Assembly (NCBI GenBank): GCA_964530945.1
Contig: CAZHCJ010000002.1
Span: 14,899 to 78,898 of the forward strand
DNA length: 64,000 nt
DNA from: Candidatus Woesearchaeota archaeon
Lineage (GTDB): Archaea; Nanobdellota; Nanobdellia; Pacearchaeales; GW2011-AR1
Reading direction: 5' to 3'
The position numbers and the translations under genes were made by a program. Below, in pieces: positions 18,561 through 27,953 of this stretch (positions are counted from its first letter, which is position 1; each line of letters starts with the position of its first letter). The notes under the pieces were generated by a model that saw nothing but the letters and a program-made list of their open reading frames with translations, made no database searches and had not been told where the DNA came from.

Positions 18561-20267
18561 ATGGCAGAAGTTTTTGCACAAATAAGTTTTATAATTTTGA
18601 TTGTTTTAGCAGTGTCAGTGGTTATGAGATTTCTTAAACAACCTTTAATAATAGGTTACATCATTTCAGGAGTTATTGCAGGACCGTTTTTTCTTGGAAT
18701 AATCCCTCAAATTGGAGCGTTAAATGTGTTTTCTGATTTAGGAATAGCTCTTTTGCTTTTCATAGTTGGCTTGCATCTTTCTCCAAAAGTAATAAAAGAG
18801 GTAGGAAAGGTATCTCTTTTGACAGGATTAGGGCAAATAATTTTTACTTCTGCAATAGGGTATATAATCGCAATCATTTTAGGATTTTCTCTTTTGACTT
18901 CACTTTATATTGCAATGGCCTTGGCTTTCTCATCTACGATTATAATAATGAAACTTCTTTCAGACAAAGGAGATTTAGAGAGTCTTTATGGCAAAATTTC
19001 CATTGGCTTTTTACTTGTTCAAGATTTGGTCGCAATAATTATTCTGATTATTGTTTCTGCCATTTCAGAAGGAGGGAATGTTGTAAGCCAAATTGGGGCA
19101 ACAATGTTGAAAGGTGTTTTAATAATCTCTTTACTCCTTCCGATTAGTTTGTATTTTTTGCCAAGGTTTCAAGATTTTTTCGGAAAGTCTCAAGAATTTT
19201 TGTTCGTGTTTTCTCTTGCATGGGGCTTGGGAATAGCTTCAGTGTTTTATTATGCAGGTTTGTCTATTGAAGTTGGTGCTTTGATTGCGGGTGTTTTGCT
19301 TTCTGTTTCTCCATATAATGTAGAGATGAGCTCAAGACTGAAACCTTTAAGAGATTTTTTCATAATTTCTTTCTTTTTACTGTTAGGGGCCCAAATGGCG
19401 GTAGAGAATATCACTCAATATGTATTTCCTGCAATAGTATTATCCTTGTTTGTGTTAGTCGGAAATCCATTTATAGTTATGTCTATTTTAGGTATTTCAG
19501 GATATACAAAGAAAACAAGTTTCTCTTCGGGGTTGACTGTTGCCCAAATATCCGAATTTTCATTGATACTTATAGCTCTAGGCGTAAAGGTTGGACATCT
19601 GTCTAATGACATACTTTCATTTGTGACGCTTGTTGCGTTGATAACGATAGCGGGTTCCACATACATGGTTATTTATTCCAATCAGATTTATTCGAGAATT
19701 TCTAGTATGCTTTCTGTTTTTGAGAGGAAAAACGTACGTGAAGGGGAAAAAATTTCTCGTAAGTTTGACACGGTTTTATTTGGATATAATCGTATAGGGT
19801 TCAGTATTCTGAAGTCTCTGAAAAAGATAAATAAGAAGTATTTGGTGATTGATTTTAATCCTAGTGTGATTAAGGATTTAAGAAGGTTAGGTATTCCGAG
19901 TTTGTATGGTGATGTGGATGATGAAACTTTGCTTGGAGAATTGCCTTGGGAAGATATGAAGATGGCCATATCTACCATACCTGATTTAGAGACAAATATT
20001 CTTTTGATAGACAAAATAAAATCTTCAAATCCAGAAACGATTATAATAATGAGGGCACATACCATTGGAGCCGCTTTAGAATTATATCAAAAAGGTGCAG
20101 ATTATGTTTTGACACCTCATTTTGTAGGAGGAGATTATTTGGGAAAATTGATTAAAGATTTTAAAGTTGATGAAAAAGAATATGCAAAAGAAGGAAAAAG
20201 ACATATAAAGAATCTTAAAGAGAGATTGAGGGAAGGACATAAGCACCCCCATGTAGAGAGAGATTAG
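18561..20267 (+). CDS. Kef-type cation/proton antiporter (CPA2) with C-terminal RCK/TrkA-N domain
   Basis: About 12 TM segments then VLFGYNRIGFSILKSLKKINKKYLVIDFN...YGDVDDETLL (Rossmann-like TrkA-N). Confidence 0.8.
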   Translation: MAEVFAQISFIILIVLAVSVVMRFLKQPLIIGYIISGVIAGPFFLGIIPQIGALNVFSDLGIALLLFIVGLHLSPKVIKEVGKVSLLTGLGQIIFTSAIGYIIAIILGFSLLTSLYIAMALAFSSTIIIMKLLSDKGDLESLYGKISIGFLLVQDLVAIIILIIVSAISEGGNVVSQIGATMLKGVLIISLLLPISLYFLPRFQDFFGKSQEFLFVFSLAWGLGIASVFYYAGLSIEVGALIAGVLLSVSPYNVEMSSRLKPLRDFFIISFFLLLGAQMAVENITQYVFPAIVLSLFVLVGNPFIVMSILGISGYTKKTSFSSGLTVAQISEFSLILIALGVKVGHLSNDILSFVTLVALITIAGSTYMVIYSNQIYSRISSMLSVFERKNVREGEKISRKFDTVLFGYNRIGFSILKSLKKINKKYLVIDFNPSVIKDLRRLGIPSLYGDVDDETLLGELPWEDMKMAISTIPDLETNILLIDKIKSSNPETIIIMRAHTIGAALELYQKGADYVLTPHFVGGDYLGKLIKDFKVDEKEYAKEGKRHIKNLKERLREGHKHPHVERD

Positions 20268-20270
20268 TTT

Positions 20271-20969
20271 TTATTTAACACTTTGCGAAGTGTTAGCTTT
20301 TGTATTTGTTTGTTCTTCGGGTTCTTCATCTGTCAGGCCAAACGCAGTGAAAATGAGGTCAAAGAATCTTAATATAACTTCCAATAAAAATATGAAAGAT
20401 AAATAGTTGAGTATATTTGTGTAAAGTGAAGGGAGTGTGCTTATATGTCTCAAGACACGGCTAAATTCGAAGAAATTTGGGTCAAGTATAAATACGCCTA
20501 AGAGAGTGTAAGGGATTACCTTTGCTATTTCTTGGGCAATATTATTTCCGTTTTTTGGAATATAAGAAACCATACGTATTGCTGCTATGATTGTGACAGA
20601 TAAGAACAGAATCGTTTGAATCTCTAGATTTTCTGATAATAAAATGAGGAAAGATGCAAAAACTGCAAACCATATGAAGATTAGGAAAGGTAAAATGATG
20701 ATGTATTCTATGAAGTAAAGGAATCCTGCGAACATTTTTGTGAAGAAAGGGTGTTCAGAAGTGTTATATTTGTTCAGATTTAGCCGAATAATATTCTTTC
20801 TTCCAATGAATCTGTAAAATTTCCAAACCAAAACAGCATAAATCGTAATAAGCAAAACCATAAGAAAGATGTTGACAAAGTCTTGGAGATATGATGGAAA
20901 AACAGACAAAACTCCGTTATACGTGTTCAGAAAAACTGAGCTTGTTTGGTTCACCTCTGCCATAAACAC
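20271..20969 (-). CDS. polytopic membrane protein, unknown function
   Basis: Multiple hydrophobic segments; acidic C-terminal tail. Confidence 0.4.
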   Translation of the reverse strand: MFMAEVNQTSSVFLNTYNGVLSVFPSYLQDFVNIFLMVLLITIYAVLVWKFYRFIGRKNIIRLNLNKYNTSEHPFFTKMFAGFLYFIEYIIILPFLIFIWFAVFASFLILLSENLEIQTILFLSVTIIAAIRMVSYIPKNGNNIAQEIAKVIPYTLLGVFILDPNFFEFSRVLRHISTLPSLYTNILNYLSFIFLLEVILRFFDLIFTAFGLTDEEPEEQTNTKANTSQSVK

Positions 20970-21215
20970 ATATGGTTAAGGTTATTTTTAAAGGTTTTTA
21001 GAGCGTTTCTATAGCTAGTTATATTCCTGCACCTAAATATTTAAAAGTATTATTTAAGTAGTGGGTTTATGGAAAGAATGTCTTTAAAATTGAATGAAGG
21101 TGATAAGAATAAAATAAGCCTCGAAAAAGTAAAGACCGAGATTAAAGAAAAAACAGAACGGGATTTGATAAGATTTAGGACTTGTTGTGCTGATTGCAGA
21201 GCCAGCCGATAAACC

Positions 21216-21623
21216 ATGCCTATTGAATTCTTAGATAGGTTGGGTAATTCTTTAGAACTTCCCTTCAAGAAAGGTGAAAGTGTAAAAAAAGTCTTATCGA
21301 GACATTTTATCCCTGTGGATTCCGTAATGATATATTTAGGGGATAAAATCATAAATGAAGATTATGTTTTATACAAGGAAGACGAAGAAATTTTTGTTAG
21401 GCTTATAGAAGGTTTTGATATAGTTTCTTTAATAAAAAATTTAAAAAAAGAAGTCAAATCGAGCTCTAAAGAGATATACAAAAAAAAGACCTTATCAATA
21501 AATAGGTTTGGAGATGTAAAAATGAATATTGAAAATATGTCTCCAGAACGGTTGAAAGAGTATGTCGAAGAGGTTTTTTTTGAAACTGTTATGGAATCCA
21601 GAATAATGATAGGATTGTTTTAG
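21216..21623 (+). CDS. N-terminal beta-grasp (MoaD/ThiS/TGS-like) domain ORF, likely the 5' part of the downstream PP-loop ATPase gene
   Basis: Frame ends ...ESRIMIGLF* while the next frame simultaneously reads NNDRIVLGLSGGIDS; see finding. Confidence 0.4.
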   Translation: MPIEFLDRLGNSLELPFKKGESVKKVLSRHFIPVDSVMIYLGDKIINEDYVLYKEDEEIFVRLIEGFDIVSLIKNLKKEVKSSSKEIYKKKTLSINRFGDVKMNIENMSPERLKEYVEEVFFETVMESRIMIGLF

Positions 21624-22417
21624 GTTTATCTGGAGGGATCGATAGCACATCCATGCTCCTGCTTTTAAGTACCTTAAAGGAGAGATTACCCTCTTTTGAA
21701 ATATTTGCAGTTACTTATGATGATTTTAAGGGAAAGGAAGATCCCACTTACAATTATATAAAGGATTTAGCTGATTTTTTTGGAATAAATCATGAGATAA
21801 TAACTGAAAAGGAAATCATGTCTTTATTTAATCTTAAGATATCTCCAAAGAAAATTTTTAAAAATCTTATGAAAACAGAAGATGCCGATAAAGTTATGTA
21901 TGCAGATCATCATGTAATGAGAAGGACAATTGAGGCTTTTGCTGAAGAAAATAAAATCAAAAAAATTTTCTTAGGGTTACATGCTTCAGACATAATTGCG
22001 GGATTTTTGAACAGTTACATCACAGGATATGTTTCCAATCCGGCACCTAGAAGAATTGTGGGAGATTTTGAATATATGCTCCCATTATGTAACCTAACAA
22101 AGAAAGAGTTAAAAATCTATTCGAGTGTGAATAAATTGACACATATATCCTCTTCCGAGATAAACTCTTGGGAAATAAATCCTTTAGATTGTAATCTATA
22201 TTATTATTTAGCCGATCAGCTACAATTTTTTTGGCCAAATATCCATTCGTGGCTTATAGAAGGCCATAAAAGATTGTTTAAAAACTTAAGAAAAGAAGAT
22301 TATGTTCTTTGTAAAAATTGCAGGTCTCCTATCTTACCCCAGTCTAGAGACAAAATCTCCTTATGTGATGTATGTAAATTATTTGAGAAACATAATTATC
22401 TTCAGAGTAAGTTTTAA
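21584..22417 (+). CDS. PP-loop (adenine nucleotide alpha hydrolase) ATPase domain with C-terminal zinc-ribbon cysteines; no in-frame start codon for its SGGxDS motif
   Basis: RIVLGLSGGIDSTSMLLLL PP-loop motif lies upstream of the first ATG (21653) of this frame; C-terminal CKNCRSP...CDVCKLF. Confidence 0.55.
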   Translation, partial: NCYGIQNNDRIVLGLSGGIDSTSMLLLLSTLKERLPSFEIFAVTYDDFKGKEDPTYNYIKDLADFFGINHEIITEKEIMSLFNLKISPKKIFKNLMKTEDADKVMYADHHVMRRTIEAFAEENKIKKIFLGLHASDIIAGFLNSYITGYVSNPAPRRIVGDFEYMLPLCNLTKKELKIYSSVNKLTHISSSEINSWEINPLDCNLYYYLADQLQFFWPNIHSWLIEGHKRLFKNLRKEDYVLCKNCRSPILPQSRDKISLCDVCKLFEKHNYLQSKF

Positions 22418-22441
22418 ATACAATTATAGCGTGTTTGAGGT

Positions 22442-23707
22442 ATGATCGACATAAAGTATATTCAGGAAAATCCCAAGGTGATAAAATATTCCGTAAAGGC
22501 AAGAGAGTTGGACGTGAATGTAGATTTACTTTTAAAAAAGTATGAAGAATGGAAAAAACTGAAAAAAGACCTAGATAATTTGCGTAGGGAACGGAATGTT
22601 TTAAGTGAAAAAGTTAATGAAGCAAAGAAAAAGAAAAAAGATTTCAAGAAATTTATAAAGCAGAGTAGAGAAAATAACAAAAAACTTGAGCAGACGGAAA
22701 CAAAAGTAAAAAAAGTTTGGAAAGAGTATGAAAGATTAGCTTACAAAATACCGAATGTACTCCATAAAGATGTTCCTATAAGTGATAAAGATAGGGTTGA
22801 TTGGGAAAGCAAAATCAAGAAACCCAAATTTAATTTTAAACCAAAAACAAATTGGGAAATTCTAGTAGATACAGACATGGCTGATTTCAATAGGGCCATT
22901 AAGGCAGCAGGAGATAGAGGCTGGATGCTAAAAGGAGATGCCGCTAGACTAAATAGAGCCATCACAAATTTTGTTTTGGATTTTTGGAGAAAGAAGGGTT
23001 ATTTTGAATTAATTCCTCCCTATTATGTGAACGAAGAAAATCTTTACATAACAGGGCACTATCCGGGAGGAGAAGAAGAGGTTTACAAAACAGAAGATGG
23101 AAAAGTTTTTGTTGGAACGGGAGAAATTTCTGTTTTGGCAGTTTTCAAAAATGATATTTTCAATAAAAAAGAACTTCCAAAAAAATTCATGTGTTATACT
23201 CCTTGTTATCGTAGAGAGGCGGGGAATCATGCAGATGATAAAGGATTGTATAGAACGCACCAATTTGATAAAGTTGAGCTTACGCATATAACGACCCCGG
23301 AAAAGGAAGAAAAAGAGTACAATCAAATTTTTGAAGATGCAAAAGAGCTTTACAAAATATTGGGTTTGCCACACAGAATCATTACCCATAGAGCAAACGA
23401 TATGCCAAATAAAGCCACCCTAGAAAAAGATATTGAAATTTATATGTCTGCAGAAGAGAGATGGGGGGAAGCAGCAAGTATTGGAATGACGGCAAGTTTT
23501 CAAGCAAGAAGAGGAAACATACAATTTGTTGGGGAAGGAAAAAAAGAATTTGTGCACACGATTTATGCAACAGGAGGCGTGGCAAATAGAATTTTAATAG
23601 CAATTTTAAATAATTTTCAAAACAAAGACGGCTCTGTTAACATTCCAAAAGTTTTACAGAAATATATGGGCAAGAAGAAAATTGTCGGAAAGAAAAAACT
23701 TAAATAA
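22442..23707 (+). CDS. serS: seryl-tRNA synthetase
   Basis: N-terminal coiled coil, class II motifs (ARLNRAITNFVLDFW, FMCYTPCYRREAGNHADDKGLYRTHQFDKVEL, GEGKKEFVHTIYATG). Confidence 0.92.
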   Translation: MIDIKYIQENPKVIKYSVKARELDVNVDLLLKKYEEWKKLKKDLDNLRRERNVLSEKVNEAKKKKKDFKKFIKQSRENNKKLEQTETKVKKVWKEYERLAYKIPNVLHKDVPISDKDRVDWESKIKKPKFNFKPKTNWEILVDTDMADFNRAIKAAGDRGWMLKGDAARLNRAITNFVLDFWRKKGYFELIPPYYVNEENLYITGHYPGGEEEVYKTEDGKVFVGTGEISVLAVFKNDIFNKKELPKKFMCYTPCYRREAGNHADDKGLYRTHQFDKVELTHITTPEKEEKEYNQIFEDAKELYKILGLPHRIITHRANDMPNKATLEKDIEIYMSAEERWGEAASIGMTASFQARRGNIQFVGEGKKEFVHTIYATGGVANRILIAILNNFQNKDGSVNIPKVLQKYMGKKKIVGKKKLK

Positions 23708-23830
23708 AACAAAATCTTGTTTGTAATATGAAAAAGAAGGTGCCAAATTGGCTTCATTATGCCACATGGGCGTTAGGAATAATAGCTCTTTTATTGTTGA
23801 TTTATGGAATAATTAGGGCGCTCGTTTAAG

Positions 23831-24010
23831 ATGAGACATGGAGATTATCCTTCATTACTTTCTCACGCAATTAATTTTGCAATTTTTATTTACTTTGCTA
23901 TATTTTTGTTAAAATTAAATGCACTAGATGTGTTTGGATTGTTTATAGCCGCCTTCGGTTTGTTTGTGTCTTTAGTGGCTAACATAATCTCTATAATTGA
24001 GAATCAATAA
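23831..24010 (+). CDS. small membrane peptide (59 aa)
   Basis: ORF below the track threshold; two hydrophobic helices. Confidence 0.25.
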   Translation: MRHGDYPSLLSHAINFAIFIYFAIFLLKLNALDVFGLFIAAFGLFVSLVANIISIIENQ

Positions 24011-24015
24011 ATAAA

Positions 24016-24294
24016 ATGGCAAAAAGAAGAATAATGGCAAACAATAAATTAGACGCTGTGAAGTTTGGCTTGGCTGGAGGGATAGTTGCGGGCTTGTGTG
24101 TCTTTATCACAACTTTGCTTGCTTTGATATCTACAGGCTATGCTGCCAGTTGGACTAGCGCTATAAGCAGCGTATACGGGTTTCTTGGCTACAATATAAG
24201 TTTCGTTGGGGCTATACTTGGAGCAATCTATGCATTCATAGATGGCTTTATCCTTACATGGATTTTTGCCTTGATTTACAACAAGCTTTTGTAA
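24016..24294 (+). CDS. small membrane protein (3 TM)
   Basis: Hydrophobic ORF; opposite-strand ORF 24049-24354 rejected. Confidence 0.4.
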   Translation: MAKRRIMANNKLDAVKFGLAGGIVAGLCVFITTLLALISTGYAASWTSAISSVYGFLGYNISFVGAILGAIYAFIDGFILTWIFALIYNKLL

Positions 24295-24390
24295 ATAGGA
24301 GAAGGAAGCTTTAGAAAATAGAATTTCAGGAACTTGTTGAATTATGGTTTCCACAACCTTTAAAAATAAATTCTATCATAATATTATATT

Positions 24391-24462
24391 GCCTACGTGG
24401 TCTAATGGCTATGACTCATCCCTGTCGCGGATGCGATCCGGGTTCGATTCCCGGCGTGGGCG
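24391..24462 (+). tRNA. tRNA-Asp (anticodon GTC)
   Basis: GCCTACG..D-arm..anticodon stem CATCC/GGATG loop CTGTCGC (GTC)..T-arm CCGGG TTCGATT CCCGG..CGTGGGC G; 72 nt. Confidence 0.85.
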
Positions 24463-24465
24463 TGT
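24452..24465 (+). repeat. direct repeat copy 1 (tRNA-Asp 3' end, CGGCGTGGGCGTGT)
   Basis: 14-mer repeated with 1 mismatch at 25355-25368; GC-rich in an AT-rich genome. Confidence 0.4.
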
Positions 24466-24511
24466 ACGTCTACATGGAAACATTTATAAATAATGTGGAC
24501 GTATATCTTCT

Positions 24512-24976
24512 ATGACATATACTGAAATTAAAAAGAGAAATGGAAAGAAATATTATTATAGGGTTAGATCTGTCAGAAAAGGGAAGAAAGTTCAGAAAGA
24601 AAGAAAATATCTTGGAGTTAATCTTTCTAAAATTGATTTAAGCAAAAAAGAAAAAGAAGCAGATATTTCTTTAAATAGAAATAAAGAAAATAAAGAATTA
24701 GAAAAGATAAAACAGAAAATCAAAGAAGTTCTTAAGAAAAATAAAGTAAAAAGAGCAGGAATATTTGGAAGTTATTCAAGAGGAGATCAACGAAAAAATA
24801 GTGATATTGATATCTTGATTGAAGTAAAAGGAAGAAAATTTAGTTTATTTGATTTAGTTGGACTTGAGATGGAACTAAAAGAAATATTGAAAAGAGATGT
24901 TGATCTTTTAACATATTCTGGAATCCACCCTCTTTTAAAAGAAAGGATATTAAATGAAGAAGTAAGAATAATATGA
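24512..24976 (+). CDS. MNT-type nucleotidyltransferase (HepT/MntA system antitoxin) with K-rich N-terminal extension
   Basis: GIFGSYSRGDQRKNSDIDILIEV ... DLLTY is the minimal nucleotidyltransferase (GSx9-13Dx[DE]) fold. Confidence 0.75.
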   Translation: MTYTEIKKRNGKKYYYRVRSVRKGKKVQKERKYLGVNLSKIDLSKKEKEADISLNRNKENKELEKIKQKIKEVLKKNKVKRAGIFGSYSRGDQRKNSDIDILIEVKGRKFSLFDLVGLEMELKEILKRDVDLLTYSGIHPLLKERILNEEVRII

Positions 24977-25314
24977 AAAAAGATCCTTTAATATTTATTG
25001 AACATATTTTAGAAAGTATTATAGCTATAGAAGAATTTTCTAAAAATATAAGTAAAAAAGAATTAGGTTCAAATAGGTTGATACAAAGTGCAACTGTAAA
25101 AGAGATTGAAATTATTGGGGAAGCCACCAAGAACCTTTCTTTGAATTTCAGAGAAAAATATCCTGAAGTCCCTTGGAATAAAATTGCTGGAACAAGAGAT
25201 AAATTAAGTCATCATTATTTTGGAATCGATATAGGTATCATTTGGGATGTTATCAAAGAAGATATTCCGGTATTAAAAAAACAAATACAAAAAATTAGAA
25301 AGGATTTGGAATAA
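24973..25314 (+). CDS. HepT-like HEPN toxin (DUF86)
   Basis: C-terminal RDKLSHHYFGID (Rx4-6H HEPN motif); overlaps the MNT gene stop by 4 nt. Confidence 0.75.
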   Translation: MKKDPLIFIEHILESIIAIEEFSKNISKKELGSNRLIQSATVKEIEIIGEATKNLSLNFREKYPEVPWNKIAGTRDKLSHHYFGIDIGIIWDVIKEDIPVLKKQIQKIRKDLE

Positions 25315-25354
25315 TTAAAAAATAAACCTAACTGAGACACTTTTATCTCAAGCA

Positions 25355-25368
25355 CGACGTGGGCGTGT
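25355..25368 (+). repeat. direct repeat copy 2 (CGACGTGGGCGTGT), att-like duplicate of the tRNA-Asp 3' end
   Basis: Bounds a roughly 0.9 kb segment carrying the MNT/HepT pair. Confidence 0.4.
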
Positions 25369-25616
25369 TATTGTTTCTTTTTATGATAAAGATCTAAAAT
25401 GTAAATTAGATTTTCATTTTTGAAATATTTATAAGATAATCTAAACGGTTTGATGTACAATTCTCTTGTGCCTTTTCTCACATTCCTCATTGGCTTTCCG
25501 ATTTCAGGATTTTTAGAAATTTTCTTAATTTGTTTAGAAATCTTTTGTTTCAAAGACATGTCTTTTAATTTAGAAAAAATAATTGTGAATTTTTTATCGA
25601 AACGTATCTCTACCAT
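25368..25616 (-). CDS. RelE/ParE-family toxin
   Basis: 82 aa, ...ELYIKPFRLSYKYFKNENLIYILDLYHKKK matches the RelE C-terminal core; overlaps the upstream antitoxin. Confidence 0.65.
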   Translation of the reverse strand: MVEIRFDKKFTIIFSKLKDMSLKQKISKQIKKISKNPEIGKPMRNVRKGTRELYIKPFRLSYKYFKNENLIYILDLYHKKKQ

Positions 25617-25879
25617 TTCATCATTTCTTCTTCGAGATTTTCAGAATCAACACTAATGAATTTTCCAGATTCGATTCTCTTGTATGCTTCTTCAGTTCTT
25701 TTTGCAAATTCTAAGTCTTCTTTAAGAGCTTTATCCATTTCGCTAGCCTTTTTTAAGATTAATTGGTTTTTGTTTTGGATAATCAATAGTTTGTCTCCTG
25801 AGGTTAGGTTCTTTCTCATACTTTGAGGAATAACGATTTGTCCTTTAGAGCTCATCTTGATTACATCAATATTTGTCAT
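25610..25879 (-). CDS. AbrB/MazE/SpoVT-family antitoxin
   Basis: MSSKGQIVIPQSMRKNL swapped-hairpin motif; start taken at the internal ATG 25879. Confidence 0.6.
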   Translation of the reverse strand: MTNIDVIKMSSKGQIVIPQSMRKNLTSGDKLLIIQNKNQLILKKASEMDKALKEDLEFAKRTEEAYKRIESGKFISVDSENLEEEMMKW

Positions 25880-26094
25880 GGTAAGATTAGTCTTACTTAA
25901 TTTATAAATCTTCTTATTTTGTTGTTCTAATTGCGATGCTTCCCTACAAAAACAAACCCTATACTTTATAAACTCAAATTTCAACCATATTATATTACTA
26001 ATGTGAAGGTTCTTGAACATGTTTCAAGGAACCTGTTCAAGAATAGATGATTCTTGATAAACCTCTAACGAGGAATTAAAGTAAGGAGAATAGA

Positions 26095-27483
26095 ATGAAT
26101 AACAAATTTAAGAAATTAGGACTTAGTGAAGATTTGCTTTATATCTTGGATAAAAAAGGTTTTGAAATACCTACGGAAATTCAAGAAAAAGCCATACCTT
26201 TAGTGTTAGAAGGAAAAGATGTAATTGGGGGCTCGGCAACAGGAAGCGGAAAAACTCTTGCGTTTTCTTCTTCAATAATTGAGAATTTAAAGCCTAATGA
26301 AAATGTTCAAGCTTTAATTTTAACCCCTACAAGGGAATTAGCAGAACAGGTTTCTGTTTCAATAAAAGAATTTTCAAAAGGTAAAAATTTGAATGTTGTT
26401 TCTGTTTACGGAGGTGTAAGTATAAACCCTCAAATAAGAAATTTAGCAGTTGCAGATATTGTTGTAGGGACGCCCGGAAGAATTTTAGACCATATACAAA
26501 GAAAAACATTAAGATTAGATAAGATTAATTTTTTAGTTATTGACGAAGTTGACAGGTTGTTTGACATGGGATTTATTGAAGATGTTGAAAAGATAATAAA
26601 CCAGTGTTCAAAAGATAGACAAACAATGCTCTTTTCAGCAACAATCTCCCCAGACGTTCATTATTTAGCTAAGAAATATACTAAAAATCCTATAGAGGTC
26701 TCAGTAGATTCTTATGTTGATTATTCAATGCTTGAACAAGTTTTTTATGATGTCCCAAATCATTTGAAATTTTCATTGCTGGTTCATTTGATGAAAAAAG
26801 AAGATTCTGATTTAATCATGGTTTTTTGTTCTACGAGAAGAAATGTGGATTTCATAAATTATAATTTACAAAAACAAGGAATTAATTCCCAAGCCATTCA
26901 TGGAGGTTTAAACCAAGGCAAAAGAAATAGTGTCATGAAATCTTTTCAAGGAAAAGGTCCTGGCGTTTTAGTTTGTACTGATGTGGCTGCTCGTGGTTTA
27001 GACATTGACAATGTTACGCATGTTTACAATTATGATTTACCTAACTCAAGTAAAGAATATATTCACAGGATTGGGAGGACTGCAAGAGCAGGAAAATCAG
27101 GAAAAGCAATAAATATTTTATCAAGTAGGGATTATGATAATTTTAGAGAAATAATGTCTGATGATTCTTTGAGAATAGAAAGAGAGGATTTGCCTGAGAT
27201 TGAGGTGGTTAGTGTGAGTACAAATTCAACAAGAAGCAGAAGAGGCGGAAGCAGAGGACGTAGCGGTAGCAGAAATTACAAAGGGAACAAAGGAAAATAT
27301 AAAGGAAGAAATTCAAGAAAAAGGAATAGCAGAGGCGGAAACAGAAAAGGAAACAAAGGCTCTGGAGGAAAAGGCGGTTATCAAGGTGGAAAAAGAAGTA
27401 GGGGAAAAGGGAAGAAAAGAAAATTCAATAAAAAAAGAGACCCTCGAGGAGGAATGTATGCCCAACCTCGTGGGCGATGTTGA
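26095..27483 (+). CDS. DEAD-box RNA helicase with Arg/Gly/Lys-rich C-terminal tail
   Basis: Q-motif, GSGKTLAF, DEVD, SAT, HRIGRTARAG; tail RSRRGGSRGRSGSRNYKGNKG. Confidence 0.9.
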   Translation: MNNKFKKLGLSEDLLYILDKKGFEIPTEIQEKAIPLVLEGKDVIGGSATGSGKTLAFSSSIIENLKPNENVQALILTPTRELAEQVSVSIKEFSKGKNLNVVSVYGGVSINPQIRNLAVADIVVGTPGRILDHIQRKTLRLDKINFLVIDEVDRLFDMGFIEDVEKIINQCSKDRQTMLFSATISPDVHYLAKKYTKNPIEVSVDSYVDYSMLEQVFYDVPNHLKFSLLVHLMKKEDSDLIMVFCSTRRNVDFINYNLQKQGINSQAIHGGLNQGKRNSVMKSFQGKGPGVLVCTDVAARGLDIDNVTHVYNYDLPNSSKEYIHRIGRTARAGKSGKAINILSSRDYDNFREIMSDDSLRIEREDLPEIEVVSVSTNSTRSRRGGSRGRSGSRNYKGNKGKYKGRNSRKRNSRGGNRKGNKGSGGKGGYQGGKRSRGKGKKRKFNKKRDPRGGMYAQPRGRC

Positions 27484-27699
27484 GTAGTTTCATCTAAGTA
27501 ATCTTTTGGTTAAACAGAAAATTATAAATTATATATTTTTTTTAGATGAATTTAGAAGGAGTTAAAAGAAATTAGTGCTTGGAATACTAACAGGAAATGG
27601 CAAAACAAATTAAAAGAATATTATGATATAAATAATGACATATTATCTATATCTAACAAGGAAAAAATAGAAACATCTATAGATATTGGAGATTTTATC

Positions 27700-27951
27700 T
27701 TGAATATTAACAATAGAAATCTTATTTGTGGCATAGAGGTAATGGATGCCAGCGAGAATCTTGGTATCTCAAAAAGTATTTTAAAGAATATTAAGAATGT
27801 AAAAATATCTGTTTCATACAAAACGAATTATGTCCATAATTTGCTTATAATTAATTTTATGAAAAAAGGAAAAGATGTAAATGTCCCCATACCTCTAACT
27901 TTGAATTTGGGTCATAAAAAACCCAAAAAAGATATTTTAATTTACAATTGA
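27700..27951 (+). CDS. hypothetical small protein (TTG start in track; frame is open from 27556)
   Basis: No canonical start; weak support. Confidence 0.2.
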   Translation: MNINNRNLICGIEVMDASENLGISKSILKNIKNVKISVSYKTNYVHNLLIINFMKKGKDVNVPIPLTLNLGHKKPKKDILIYN

Positions 27952-27953
27952 TT

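Noticed and set aside
21050-21352. 100-aa minus-strand ORF overlapping 21216-21623
   Set aside because: Overlaps the beta-grasp-like plus-strand ORF that continues into the PP-loop domain; no supporting motifs.
24049-24354. 101-aa minus-strand ORF overlapping the membrane protein gene 24016-24294
   Set aside because: The plus-strand ORF encodes clean TM helices and is co-oriented with neighbours; the minus ORF is Cys/Lys-rich without a start context.
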